Shown: positions 23,782-35,805 of the stretch, in pieces | Position numbering within the stretch: the first letter of the stretch is position 1 | Layout: each line of letters opens with the position of its first letter | From: Oikopleura dioica | Lineage: Eukaryota > Animalia > Chordata | Length of the DNA: 64,000 nucleotides | Direction of reading: 5' to 3' | Assembly: GCA_907165135.1 (NCBI GenBank) | Contig: OU015569.1 | Span: 8,308,001-8,372,000, forward strand | Made by a program: the position numbers and the translations under genes | The notes under the pieces: model-generated | Databases searched by the model: none | Told to the model about the DNA's origin: nothing | The model's input: only the letters and a program-made list of their open reading frames with translations

Positions 23782-25472
23782 TCACCATGGCAGTTCTTCT
23801 TCTCCAGGCAGTCCAGGCCAGCCGCCTTTCGGTTCTTTTGGGCCTCCTTATATCAATATTAGAAAATATAAATTTAAAAATTCATTCACCCTGCTCGTAT
23901 TTATAATTTTCGTTATTGGCCCATTCTGGCCATTTACCACCTTTTGGCGCTGACGATTTCTCGTAGTTTTCTGGTGGTCTGATCATGGTTCCTCGGTTAG
24001 GCGACCATTCTGTCATCTTCTTTGGCTCGTTTGGACGCTCCATTGGAACACCATCAACATCATCATCATCTGAAATGAGTAGAAAGTAAACCTCGTTCGT
24101 AGAACTTCAAAATGCTTGTCGACATACCGTCAGAGGAGGATGGCCGCTTGACACGTTCTTTACGAAGTGGGAAGTCGCTGAGAGGGGATCTTTTTCGATC
24201 TCTGTCTCGACTTCGCCTTCTATTTCTGCTTCTGGAACGGCGATTTCTACTCCTTGAACGACGCCTTCTATCCTGGCTTCGAGAACGTCGTCGTCGAGGC
24301 TTGTCTTTCGAGGCTTTGTTTGCCTCAATCTTTTGTAGCTCTTTTCGCTTTTCTTCGATTAATCTTGCCTTCTCGGCATCGAGTTCTAAAATGAGCCGAT
24401 ATGAATTTGAAAAACACTTAATTTCTCACCTGCTTTTTCTTTCTCAATTTTTGAAGCTCTTCATCGATCAAACGCTGCGTGATTCTTGCAGGATCTTCGT
24501 GTTTCGGCTATTAAATACTATTAAAACATAAGAATCAAGATTACATACCTGTAGAGCTTTTCGCCCTTCAGACCAGCCAAAGCCGTCGTCGCCGTCAGCG
24601 AGCATACGCTGTCTGACATTTTCTTCTGCAATTCTTCTTTTCCTTTCGGCACTAGAAAAAATGAAACGGCGTCTTTATTTTATGATTTACCTAGCTTCAC
24701 GCTTTTCTCGATATATTTCTTCGGCGGTTTTCTCGGGTGTGATAGATATTCTAGTGTTTTTGGAGCCTGTCTTTTGCAATCTGGGTCTTCTTGGTGATCT
24801 GCTATCGCTTCGTCTTTTCGTGCGAGATCGTGAGCGTTTTCTTCTGGACCTTGAACGGGACCTTGAGCTCGACGATGATCTTGAATATCTGCCTTCTCTT
24901 CGGCGAGCTAGTCGCCTGTCTCGCTTTTTGCGATCATTGTGATATCCTTTCGAGTAGCTGTCTTCCGAAGATGAGTTACGATATGTTCTAGCCAAGTCAA
25001 GGCCTCTACGACGGCCACCAGGGCCATCATAGGCATCTGATCTTTTCACCTTCCGTGATCGTTTTCTGCTCCTCGATCTGCTTCTTGATCGGCTTCTTGT
25101 CCGCGAGCTACTACTAGATGTGGAGCTTCTACTTGAATCGCTACTTCTGCTTCTTGAGCGAGAGCGTGACTTGGATGGGCTGGATGAGACTCTTCTTTTT
25201 CGAATAGTCTGTAATTGAGTATTTTTGGAGATAGCTCCCGCATTTTTCATTCCGTTGAGTTTCTCGAATAACTTCATCACCCAGGAAGTGAAACTTTTGG
25301 ATTTGTCTTCCAGGAAAGGTTCCAGTTCAGAAGCCATTTCTTCTTCCGACTTTTTGCGGGCCAACATGACCATGATGAAGTCGGGCAGTTCATCGTCGAT
25401 GAAGGCATCCATCGTGGTGAGCTTGGATTTAATGGCCAACCGTAACCGCTGCGGAACATCGTTGCTTGTCAT
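23782..25472 (-). CDS. ZC3H14/Nab2-type N-terminal PWI-like domain + RS-rich protein, no CCCH fingers seen
   Basis: RLRLAIKSKLTTMDAFIDDELPDFIMVMLARKKSEEEMASELEPFLEDKSKSFTSWVMKLFEKL matches the ZC3H14 N-terminus. It is followed by long RS/SR tracts, a coiled coil and ...GGWPGLPGEEELPW*. Confidence 0.75.
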
Positions 25473-25935
25473 CAATTATTACGATATCGAATTTCTAAAG
25501 TATCACTATGAGCTATCCACGTGAAAGTAATGGAACGTTGAAGCGACGCTTTGTCTCATGTTAAAATGAAAATGAGATGAGAGAGAAATAAGTACAGTAG
25601 GTAAAGGGAGAGAAAGAATGTTTACCGGCCAGTGTGAGAGATGTTGAAGAAATCGTTTTTTCATTAGGACTTTTCATGCAAGAAAAATGGTATCGCGTTT
25701 TTTGAACTGTTAATTGTGAAAATCTGCTGCTGACGCCAAGCCCTAAATAAAAACATCAACATTCATCCATCACATTGTTGGCTCAGACTAACAAAGTCTT
25801 CGCAAGCTTATCCGTTTGCTGCAGCGATTTAATAGAAGTACGATTGAATTAATATACAGAAAAAAATAAAAGTAATTTTACATGTTGATTGCGCGATTCG
25901 GAAGAGAAGGAAAGTAAAAAAATAGCTAGGATTAC

Positions 25936-26966
25936 TCAAATGTTCGTCCTTTGGTAAATATGACGTTTGGTCGCTGTGGAACTTGATGCAAGACTTTGAA
26001 TAGACTCTTCTGAGGCAGTATCGTTGACTCTTACAGGGCAATAGCCCGCCTCACGATTTACCTTGAGACCAGCTTCACGGAAAGCAAATGCGCCAGAGGC
26101 GATGACCACTACCCAAGAGGAAATCATACAGGGCCATATAGAACCTGAATTAATTTTCTCGATTGACAAGCACTCCTAATCTACCTTGGTCGTTGAAGAG
26201 TGACGTCCCAGTTGTTAATAAATGAGCGATAACAACGAAGACCGGCAGATGCCAAGAGTTTTTTAGGCCTTTATTCAAACTTGAGCCAAGAATGACTGTC
26301 CAGGAACAGTGATTGAATGTAAGTGCAGCTGATAAAAACGCACTGAAAATTAAATAAAAGATCGCACATAGAAAATATTCTTACCCAGTTATATAAAAAG
26401 ATGGACTTCCATGGGAGACACCATCGATCTCAAGACCCGGACTGCCTGGTCCAAGAGCCGCAGCCATTACATTCATTGAGTGAAAGAGACAAGAAATAGT
26501 GCCGAAGCCAAGTCCGAGTACGAATTGCCCAGATGATCCCGACATGCCCGACCTCGCGCTTCCTCGGATGTTTATTGACTCGAGCCGTTGAACTGCATTT
26601 GCTAGGCCCCAAAGACTCAAAAGTCGGAAACCCTCCTAGAGAAAAGATAGGTCCTCGTCAAGCGCATAAATCTTCTCAAACCTGGACGAAGACTGATATT
26701 AAGGCGGCGAATGTTAAATCATCTTGTAGAGCGGAGCCCGAAGGCGTCGCAGAATACCAGATTATCCAGAACAAGGAGCCCACGAGTAAAGAGACTAACC
26801 AACTAAAAACCAAATCAAAGAAACTTGTAAATTCCTTTTCTTACCAAAATCCGCCGAAGATCCAAAAGAGCACTCTGATACTGTTCGGCGCGATGAATAT
26901 GGTAAACATTGACAGTAGCGGGGCCAATGCGACACCAAGGACGCCGAGGAAGAGGCGGAAAGACAT
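25936..26966 (-). CDS. APH1: Gamma-secretase subunit APH-1
   Basis: MSFRLFLGVLGVALAPLLSMFTIFIAPNSIRVLFWIFGGFW...; GLGFGTISCLFHSMNVMAAALGPGSPG (GxxxG and ALGPG motifs of APH-1). Confidence 0.9.
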
Positions 26967-27080
26967 GTTTAAGTCGCTCGCTTTATTTTTCTTACTCAAG
27001 ATCTAAAATGAATGCGTCAGGAAAAAGAGTGGTAATGTTGAACGTTGTTTTTGCAAATAAATAGACAGTCGTGAATTTGA

Positions 27081-27971
27081 TCATTGATCCTTGGTCTCCA
27101 CATCGTAGTTGTACCAATCTGGCTTGAGATGAGGAGATGGAGCAACACCGACGGCGGGCAGTCTGAGCGTCTCTCCAGGGTTGAATTCGACTGTAACACC
27201 TTGTCTCAAGGCACCCTACGTTTTTTGAGCATCACATCGAGTAATATGGCTGTTACCTCGCCCTTTTCAACAATAACTTTCTGGATGATTTGGTCTTTAG
27301 CTCTGAGGATTTCATTTTCGTCAGCATATTGAATCATTTCGTTTAACAATTGAGGAGCAGTTGCATGAAGGTAAGCATGCTTGTCGGCAACGCCGCCGAC
27401 GTTCTGGGCGTGGCTGTAGTATCCGCTGCTCATTCCGATTGCGCCGGTTTGGGCAGAAATTCGTCTAACGTCTTGGACCTGAAACAGAAGCATAGACACT
27501 TGAGAGTTTGAAATTTTCGTACCAATCTGTCTTTGGATCGAACTTCATCCTGGAAAAGCATGCCGGCGTATGTCTGCCAATGGGCAACCTAGATTTTAAA
27601 GGATTAAAGTGTCCAGCAAAGAAGCTGCTTACGCGTTGGGATGTGAACCAGTATTTGTAAAGGAATCGCGAAAGAGCGCTCTTGTGGAATTCGTACTCCT
27701 CGGGTGTATGCTGCTCGGGATCGTAGTAGTAAGGGCCCTCAGCGACGCCGAAAACGATGTTCATGCCAAGGCCGAGGCCAAGGCCCATGAGAAGACCCTT
27801 CATCAGATCCACAGTAAATTTGCTAAATTATTCATTAAAGGCGGAAACTCGCGCTAGAAATTGTCACCTCTTCTCATTTCGCTGGTAGATCTTCGCGCCA
27901 GCCGTTTGTTGGAAATACGCAAAGCCGCCAAAACGAAGCGATGTCAGCGGACGGCTGACTCGGCCCAACAT
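27081..27971 (-). CDS. Complex I accessory subunit NDUFB5 (SGDH)-like, with a C-terminal extension
   Basis: Presequence MLGRVSRPLTSLRF; TM segment; GVAEGPYYYDPEQHTPEEYEFHKSALSRFLYKYW compared with NDUFB5 [32 protein letters not shown]; then ...VQDVRRISAQTG. Confidence 0.65.
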
Positions 27972-28349
27972 TTCCGCTGTCTAAATCTTAACCCGTCTTT
28001 TATTGCGATGATAATTTGATTTCACACGCGTTCAAAAGCTGTTGCAAACTAAAATCCAGTTTCACGAAGGTGACTCATCGGAAGGAATAAAATTATCAGA
28101 ATCTGCGAACATACAAATATTGCAGTATAAGAGCATTGGAAGGTTCTCTCGCGCTGAAAATATAGAGAATGGAGTTGTTTGATTGGCTCGAGAGTTGAGC
28201 GCGCTCGTAGCGCAGCAGCGCGGGACACCCTCCGGCCTCTCCGAGAATTTAACCGCTTTTCTCACTCCTTTCCAGTTCTTTTCCTAGCTCACTAAACCTC
28301 ACTCCAAACGAAATTAGTGAAGAGAAAGTGATCTTTAGTTTGCATCAGA

Positions 28350-29237
28350 ATGAACAAAATCATCGAAAAAGTGCGTTCGCGGAAGCCTTCGCCCGGAGGA
28401 GGCTCCGAATCCAAGACGCCGTCAAAAAGTGCGAGCCTCTCCAGTCTCAATATCTCCTCGACGAACACACTCGGTTACGGAAACCTGCGCTGCGCAGTGG
28501 CCTTGCCAGAAGGTGAAGATCTCAATGAATGGATCGCTTACCACATTTCTGATTTCTACAAGCAGGTACGGCCAGTGGAACGCGTTCTTTTCAGATGTTT
28601 TAGAGAGGTTGAAAGACTTCGATGCTCTACGGCGCCATTCTGCCCACATGTACGACTGCCAAGTGTCCAACCATGTCAGCGGGGAAACATTGGGACGGGC
28701 TTTTCTTTCTACCAAATTATTTATTTTCAACTCATTTTCAAAGCTCGAGGAAAGTTATCTTTGGCAAGAAGTGTCCGGCTCCCAGCCGAAGCCGCTCCCA
28801 GCAGCAGAATACGTTGACAAGTAATTTTTCTCGTTTTCTCTCTATATTCGATGACTAACTTGAAGCGAAGTTTGATGACGTGGATCAACGAATTACTCGA
28901 GGATGAGAAGATGTTCCCCTCAGCTATCAATGTGCCTTTCCCAGCACAATTCCGCGACAATGCTTTTAAAATCATAAAGAGACTCTTTCGAGTTTACGCT
29001 CACATCTACCTCCATCACCTCCAGGTTAGAATCGCAAAAAAATACACTGTTTTGTCTCAAAATAGAGAACTAAGACTTCGCTCTAAGGATGTTCGGGAGA
29101 TGAAGATGGAGCCTCATCTGAACTCGAGCTTCAAGCACTTCATTTTTTTCGTGCAGGAATTCCAGCTCATTTCCTCAGAAGAACTCAAACCACTGCAGGA
29201 GGTAATCGATGTGCTCACCAAAAAAGTTCCCTGCTAG
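28350..29237 (+). CDS. MOB kinase activator (MOB1-like)
   Basis: [25 protein letters not shown]; CPTMSAG; VPFPAQF...[16 protein letters not shown]; [19 protein letters not shown]...ELKPLQEVI. Confidence 0.92.
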
Positions 29238-29553
29238 TTTCTTCCCTTTTAATCTTTCCAAGAATTTTACTATCTTTCGAAGATGCTGTTTATCAAACTA
29301 CTGCTTTCTGTGATCTCATTCTAAATCAAGTCGCTCCAGCACAAGAATACGCTATTAGTTTTCGTTTCTTCTTTATCTGTAGCCTTCCTTTTGACTGGAT
29401 ATTTTTGTGATTGCTCATTCTTTTTTGATTTCTCTGTTCTGTAACGTTCCGAAAATTCAGCTTTTAAAATTGTTCGATTCAAAGTTCCTTTTTCCTCTTA
29501 CACGCGTGCTTATAAGTTCCATTTTTAAGAAATTCGCCATTTTGAAAGAAAAA

Positions 29554-30963
29554 ATGGATTGGGGTATCGAAAATGACGAAGAAACATGGAGCGACGATGA
29601 CAAAGACGAAGAAATGGCAACGATGACAGTTGCAGATATTCTAGTTCTTCTGATTTCGGGCGATCTTCTCCCTACAGAAGACACGAAAAGGCTTGTTTTC
29701 AGAGATAGCTTTTCATTTTCGCCAGATGAGACGCTCGCAACTCTTTTTTTCGATGATATCCCTCCTCCTTCCAACCAGCTGCTCACCGATGCTTTGATCC
29801 ATTTTGTGTCAAAAAACGAATATCTCAAAATTTCCGAATTTCTGCGGCTTTCTCCTGTTGACGCGAACAATCTTTGGTCGAATGGGGATCTCGCCGTTCA
29901 CAGAGCAAAGTCGGTGGAGGCCCTCAAAAGGTTGAGACAAGGTGGAGCTAATCTTCTGCTTGAAAATGACGAAAAGAACAGCCCTCTCTCCCTTGCTCTC
30001 AGATCTGGAAACTCCCGAATGGCCTCTTACATTCTCTCATTTGCTGAAGACGAAGGCTCTCTGATCAATCAGCCATCTACAAAACAGTCTGGTTATTTGG
30101 AGATATTAGAATACTTTTTGCGAATTTTCGAAAATAACGATATGGACAATCAAGGGATTCACACAACCCTGCGACTCTTCAAAATGTCACTCACTTCATT
30201 TAATAGATTCGGATTAAAAGCGTCTGAATCTGACAGAGAAACAGCTCTTTCGTCTATTTGTAAGGCTGTAAATTCAAAAGAAATCTCAGAATCGGCAGTT
30301 TACGACGCCATTTACGATCAATACCCTGCTGATATTGGGAAACTCTTTGAAGAAATCATTTCTTCTTTACTTTCGGAAAGTCCTGGTGTTTTTGATGAGC
30401 CTGAATCTGATAATCTTGGCGCAAAAGCTGGCGCGAATTCTCCTCCATCGCCTGAAAAAACCCGTCGAGTTATGGAAGTAGAGAGAAACTTTGAGCATCT
30501 AGATCACACTGCTGATATTCAAATTCATTCGTGGGGAAATTCGCTAGAAGAAGCGTTTGAAAGTGCTGTGCTGGGAATGTTCGACTATTCTGTTCCATTA
30601 GAAAAAGTCGATCCACGCAAAATGATCATCATCGACTCGAGGGCGAAAAAGGGCTCAGATTTAAAAGGTTAATCTCATTTATTCTTGATCTTCTCAACCA
30701 GCAATTTCCTAGACATTCTTTTCCTTGTTATGCAGGACTGTTTGTACGAAGCCGCTACGGATCCTTACTTCATGGCTAGAGAAGCTAAAGTGCTCAGCCT
30801 CGACCGAGAGAAATGCAGCTGTAAGATGCAGCTGAAAGGGGAGGAATTCGATCTTCAGAAGCATGGCGGATTCGGAACAGAAGTTAAAGCCGTCACACAC
30901 TCAGCACTAAATATTATTGAAACAGAAAAGAAAAGCGAAGTTTGGGTCATCGTCGATATCTAA
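29554..30963 (+). CDS. Ankyrin-repeat / archease (RtcB cofactor, ZBTB8OS-like) fusion
   Basis: One stop-free frame runs from MDWGIEND through ankyrin-like NGDLAVHRAKSVEALKRLRQGGANLLLENDEKNSPLSLALRSGNSRMASYIL into archease FEHLDHTADIQIHSWGNSLEEAFE. After one short intron it ends ...GTEVKAVTHSAL...VWVIVDI*. Confidence 0.88.
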
Positions 30964-31062
30964 ACATTTTCTATTTCCTGCAGCCAAATATCTTGTTCGT
31001 TCACTGAAAATGCCTTCAAAAGAAACCAATTTTAACGTTTGGCGTTCTTAAGAGATAGTCAA

Positions 31063-31668
31063 ATGTTACGGACTAGTGTTATTCGTCGATCTCTATCATT
31101 ATCAACACAATCGATGGTTCCTGGTAGAGTTCCGTTCTGGAGAAAAGGCACAAAAGGTGAACCAGAGCCAAAAACAACAGTCAAGAGGCCCGAGTACGAA
31201 GAACACATCGACTTATCGATGCCTCACAATCGGCAAATCAAAGTAATTGACAGTAGATTATCTTCATTTTAACGAAAAATTAAGGATGGCAAACTAATCG
31301 TCAAACGAAAAGGTGACGACTGGAATGACTACACTTTTGGCGCAGAGAACGCTCGCAACACCGATCCGCTCTTTCTCTCCAAAACAGTTATGGTCGACAA
31401 TCCTGAAGACCCTGCTTCTGTTGCCATGGCGTTACAAAAATTTGAACAGTCAGTTTCTCAGAATTGTTGAAAAATTATTATTTGTTTCAGGTTTCAAACT
31501 CGTGAAGGAATAAACAGATACTACGGGTATGGATACAGATTTAAAGAAGGCAATACACAGAAACGGCGAAGGCTAGCTTATAACGAAGTCAAAAAGACGG
31601 CAAGAGATGAGCTTAAACGTAAAATTGCTTTTACTATGTTAATGCGCCAACGTTCACAGTCTGATTAA
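31063..31668 (+). CDS. Mitochondrial ribosomal protein bS21m (MRPS21)-like with an N-terminal extension
   Basis: FLSKTVMVDNPEDPASVAMALQKFEQ|FQTREGINRYY...QKRRRLAYNEVKKTARDELKRKIAF compared with MRPS21 FIARTVMVQ...[25 protein letters not shown]; presequence MLRTSVIRRSLS. Confidence 0.7.
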
Positions 31669-31711
31669 CAATTCAAATTAAATAAATAAATAGTTTCTTC
31701 CGGTCGTGTCT

Positions 31712-33513
31712 TTAGTAGCTTCCATAGAAAATGTATTGAGTCAAAGTGAGTCCGACGAGAGTTGTAATCGTCCAGTCGTTTTTCAACTCGCTTGTTTCAG
31801 GGCTCCATTGTAATGTTAATCAAATGCCTTCGCAAAATCAGCGATTTAGTAATAAAGCAGAACATCAGAGCCGTTCCTGGAATAAATCTTTCCAACAACC
31901 GCAACTTCAGCATTTTTATGTTCTGCTTCAGTTTTCCACTCGGGTGACCGTCTGTTCACACAGTCAGCAGGTTCATCGGCCTCTGCAGCGTAGATACGTA
32001 AATTGCAGTTGAAAATCACTGCGTCAAGATCGCCAGGTTGAAAAATGTTGAGTTTAAACTCTTCGTGACTGATAAATGCCACATTGAAGAGTGATTTCGC
32101 ATCATCCGTGGGACAGTAGTCAGTAAATAAATCAACGCCCCCACCGGAGCAATCGTAAAGAGCAAATCCAAAGTCAGTAGCGTCGTGAGCAAGCTTGACA
32201 TGCACTTCTGTCCCGACGGCATACTCAGTAGCGTCCGTCGCAGCTGTAAACGTTCCACCGTCATCGACAGTGCCGATCTTTAATAACATCAAAAGTTGCC
32301 GAAAAACTTTTTTATCAGGATAAAGATTTGTTAGTTTAATGTCATTCCTGAAGCTCAATATTCAGAGCAGTTACGATTTCTGCTGCCGTCAGTGTGAAAG
32401 TGATTGTCTCTTCTGTTCCATCATTGTCGACGCTGTTTTCAAGATTGACGCCACTAAATTTTTTCAATTCCAAGTTGTCAGGGTGCCTAATAAAACCATT
32501 TTTTCTAAGTGAAAAAACCGGCAGTACTTACGCCATGAAACAGTCGATCTTGAGTGGTGGCGAAATGTATGAAACGATGGTTCCTCCGACGTCTTGATAA
32601 TGATGGCCGTAGATGGAAACCGTCGTGCCAGAAGAATCAGTCTCTGTTTCGACAGTCCCACATTCATCAAAAGCAATATTGATTAGGCCTTCCGAATCAA
32701 ACTGACAATTTTCGTGAAGACTGGCGATAGTAGTTGCGTGGTCTGATGCCAAAACTTTTGGGCTGGACACGTAGACGCCAGTGTAGTCGTCCGGAAGAGC
32801 CGGGTATCGTTCTGCTCGGCAACTGTCACTGATTCCAATCGAAAACCCACTTTGAATGCTGCAGGAGCCGCTGAAAAGAGCACACTCTCCAGTGCTTGTT
32901 CCTCCATTTAATGCAGGTCTGCAAATAAAATGATTTTCTTCTGAGCATTGTTCTGTCGACCATGTTCCATCATTGTGACTCATTGTAGCGCAATCATTGC
33001 TGAAAATTGTTTATTAAAAATTGTTTTATAAAGATGATAGCCTATCCTTTCATGAATATAAAAAATATATTATCATAACTATAAGAAATATTATTACAAT
33101 AATGCCATCTTTACCTTCCAGGTTGTCCATCTGCCCAATTAAACCATGTGATGTCTACACCCTGTGTGTCACGCCATTGGGAGTCAGCGTTATTTTTCGT
33201 AATGCCTATCAAAATTTTAATTGGTATCTAATTTGCCATCATCTTTTTTAAAAGCTTACCAATAAGAATAGGACCAGGTTTGCCAGTCGAGGCGAAAAAA
33301 GTTTTCAAATCTTCATTATCTGAGGACGAGCGTGGAACTGCTACGACTTTATTCAATGCATCACATGATACTTCAGCATCCTGTAAATCACGTGGATTGG
33401 TAGGCACCTCCTCATTTTCGCCTATATTACTTTTTATTTCATCAGTTGGACGATAATTTCATACCTTTTGCTACTTGAAGTAGCAGAAAAATCAGCACTT
33501 GCCGTAGATTCAT
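31712..33513 (-). CDS. Secreted C-type lectin + zona pellucida (ZP) module protein with a hydrophobic C-terminus
   Basis: Signal peptide MNLRQVLIFLLLQVAKG; CTLD (ILIGIT...WFNWADGQP...DCATM...WSTEQC...FICR); ZP-N (CS...CQF...ECG...IDC); ZP-C (EVHVKL...LYDC...YCPTD...FKLNIF...VIFNC...ADCVNRR); tail WTITTLVGLTLTQYIFYGSY*. Confidence 0.75.
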
Positions 33514-33773
33514 CTTTCGTTAATACAAATGGTAGCATTTTGTTTCGAAAATAACACGTGTTCTAGAACTGAAGCTAAGTTTTGAACTTTGTTCATTTTT
33601 ATCCGCTTGAATACGGTGGGAAGGATTCAAAGCGTGGACTTTGAATACTTGCTAGAAATTCGATCGCTAATCATCGGCTTTGCCCTCTCACTCGTGATGT
33701 TCATAAGGTTTATAAGTTGATTTACCATCAGAATTCACGATTTGGGAAAAACGTGAGCTCCAAAAATATAGAG

Positions 33774-34459
33774 ATGAAAATAACTCCGCTTTTGATACAT
33801 CTGGGCACTGTTTCCCCTTCTAGCTATCACATGGAAAGATTCGAGCTGCGAGAAGAAATCATCTACCCGCAAAATCATGTGACTACGACGGAAGAGCCGC
33901 CTAAGTGAGAGTTCTTTAAGATCATTGATCTAACATCACTTGTAATTTATAAGTTATAAATCATAAGTTATGATTTTTTCTATGAATGTCTTAATTCACG
34001 AAGATAAAAAAGTGAACTATTACCAGGAAACGCCACTGGAAAAGCTTAAGAAAAAATATGAAGAAGCGGCTCTTAATTACATGCACAAAGTTAAAGAATG
34101 CCAAAATGGGAGTGAAAAGGCGGATGAGAAACTTTTTGTTCTCGATCAGAAGCTGTCGCAGGCAATTAACGGCTGTAATCAAGAAAAAGATTCGAAATAA
34201 CCGTCGAATAATTTCATCAACTAATTTCAATTTTGAATTTTTCTCAGTGAAGGATGGAACCGCGTCTCAAGCAACAATTGATGAGCAACCCTGCAAGAAG
34301 AAAAAATCATTCAAGGAAAAAATCAAGAAAATCTCGGGAAAAGATGCGAAATGTCAAAGAAAGATCACCAAATTAGAGGAGAGGAGGAATGCGATCGCGG
34401 CCGAAATTCAAACTCTCAGTAAGAACTCACAAGAGTTCTTGCAATTATCCTCATTCTGA
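33774..34459 (+). CDS. Hypothetical Lys/Glu-rich coiled-coil protein
   Basis: Three ORF segments (33774-33905, about 34025-34195, about 34250-34459) separated by short AT-rich gaps; no domain recognised. Confidence 0.4.
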
Positions 34460-34865
34460 AAACAGATATTCAGAACGGCTTTACATATTTGCTTTTTCGC
34501 TGAAATAAATGATATTGAAACTTGACAGTTTTTTTTTAATAGGCGGCGATTTTTAAAAGCGTGTTCGTGGTTGATACTTTTTACTTTTATAATCATTTAA
34601 CAGCCGCTAATGAAACTATTAAATGGTCTGAAAACATGACACGGTGTAAAAAATCGCGTGAGGGCGCACACGCACATGCGCCAGTTTAAGTATTTCAAAG
34701 AAGTTTTCGCTCTTTTGTTAGAGCGCTTTTCAAAAAGGCCATACATTGGTCATTTCTACATTCATATAATTTCATTCAAGAATTTTTTTTTCATCAATAC
34801 GAGAACCTAATCGTAGGAAGAGATCGAGATTTTGAGAAAATACACGAACGCAAAGCAACTTATCA

Positions 34866-35478
34866 ATGCGACTCCTCGTTGTCTTCATCATCGGATACGT
34901 TTTAGCCAAGAAGTCACAGCTCGTGTGTACGTCTGCCACCGATATAAAAGACTGTATTTTCAAAAATGAAGGAATCGGCTTAAGATCACTCGAATTTCAG
35001 TGAAGGTTATGGCGACGTTTAAGCGTCTATTTGCGGATTCCAATAAGATCGAATAATGGAGTTAACAAAGAAAAATGACCTTGTTTGGGATAAAGCAGTG
35101 CAAATCATGCTCACCGTAGAGTCCCTGCAGAAGAATATTACAAGCAAGGAGGATCTTGCCAAGGCTATACAGAAGTTTTCATTCAGCGACGGGATTATCT
35201 TCGAACAGAATGAGATCAAGGTAAACTAGCACAGCGTTTTCGTTGCGCGAGGATAGTAACTAACTTATAAATAGATGTAACAGATGATTGTACGTAAAAT
35301 TGTGTCATTTGTCGGCTGTCTTTCTCGACAATTATCTCCCTTAGCCTTTAATGATGGCAATTTCAACTTTCAAACTTGGCTCGCTTCCGGGCGCATGCAC
35401 CTGTCCAGTCTGCATCATTCCGCCAACAGAGCGTTTTACGATAGAATCACTATTTATTTTCTGGCATGGCTCACTTGA
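34866..35478 (+). CDS. Hypothetical small secreted protein
   Basis: Signal-like MRLLVVFIIGYVLAKKSQLVC; exon MELTKKNDLVWDKAVQIMLTVESLQ...EQNEIK followed by a GT donor. The first junction was not resolved with a GT donor. Confidence 0.35.
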
Positions 35479-35805
35479 GTTTTAGTTATTATCTTTTTCC
35501 TTGCAACTTATCGGAACAAATTTATTTTTCGTGGATGGATATTTATCCATTGTTCTTTCTAAAAGTCTTTTTTCAAAGAAAATCATTTGTGTTTAAAATT
35601 ACATTCTTCTTGATTTACTATCAAGTGCAGAGCTACTTCCGGCAGGTGTCCAGACAGCGGGGTTTTTGTGTGAAGTCTCTGACGTAAAATATTTTCGTTT
35701 CTTGGCCCGGGGAAGATCAGTTTTTCGCAGTCACACAAGACTAATACTATTAGCAGTCATTATACTATCGGTATTAAGGCCCGCGTAAAGAATCAGGAAG
35801 ACCTA

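Noticed and set aside
24700-25200. Simple-sequence or tandem repeat array
   Set aside because: Explained by RS/SR-coding low-complexity sequence.
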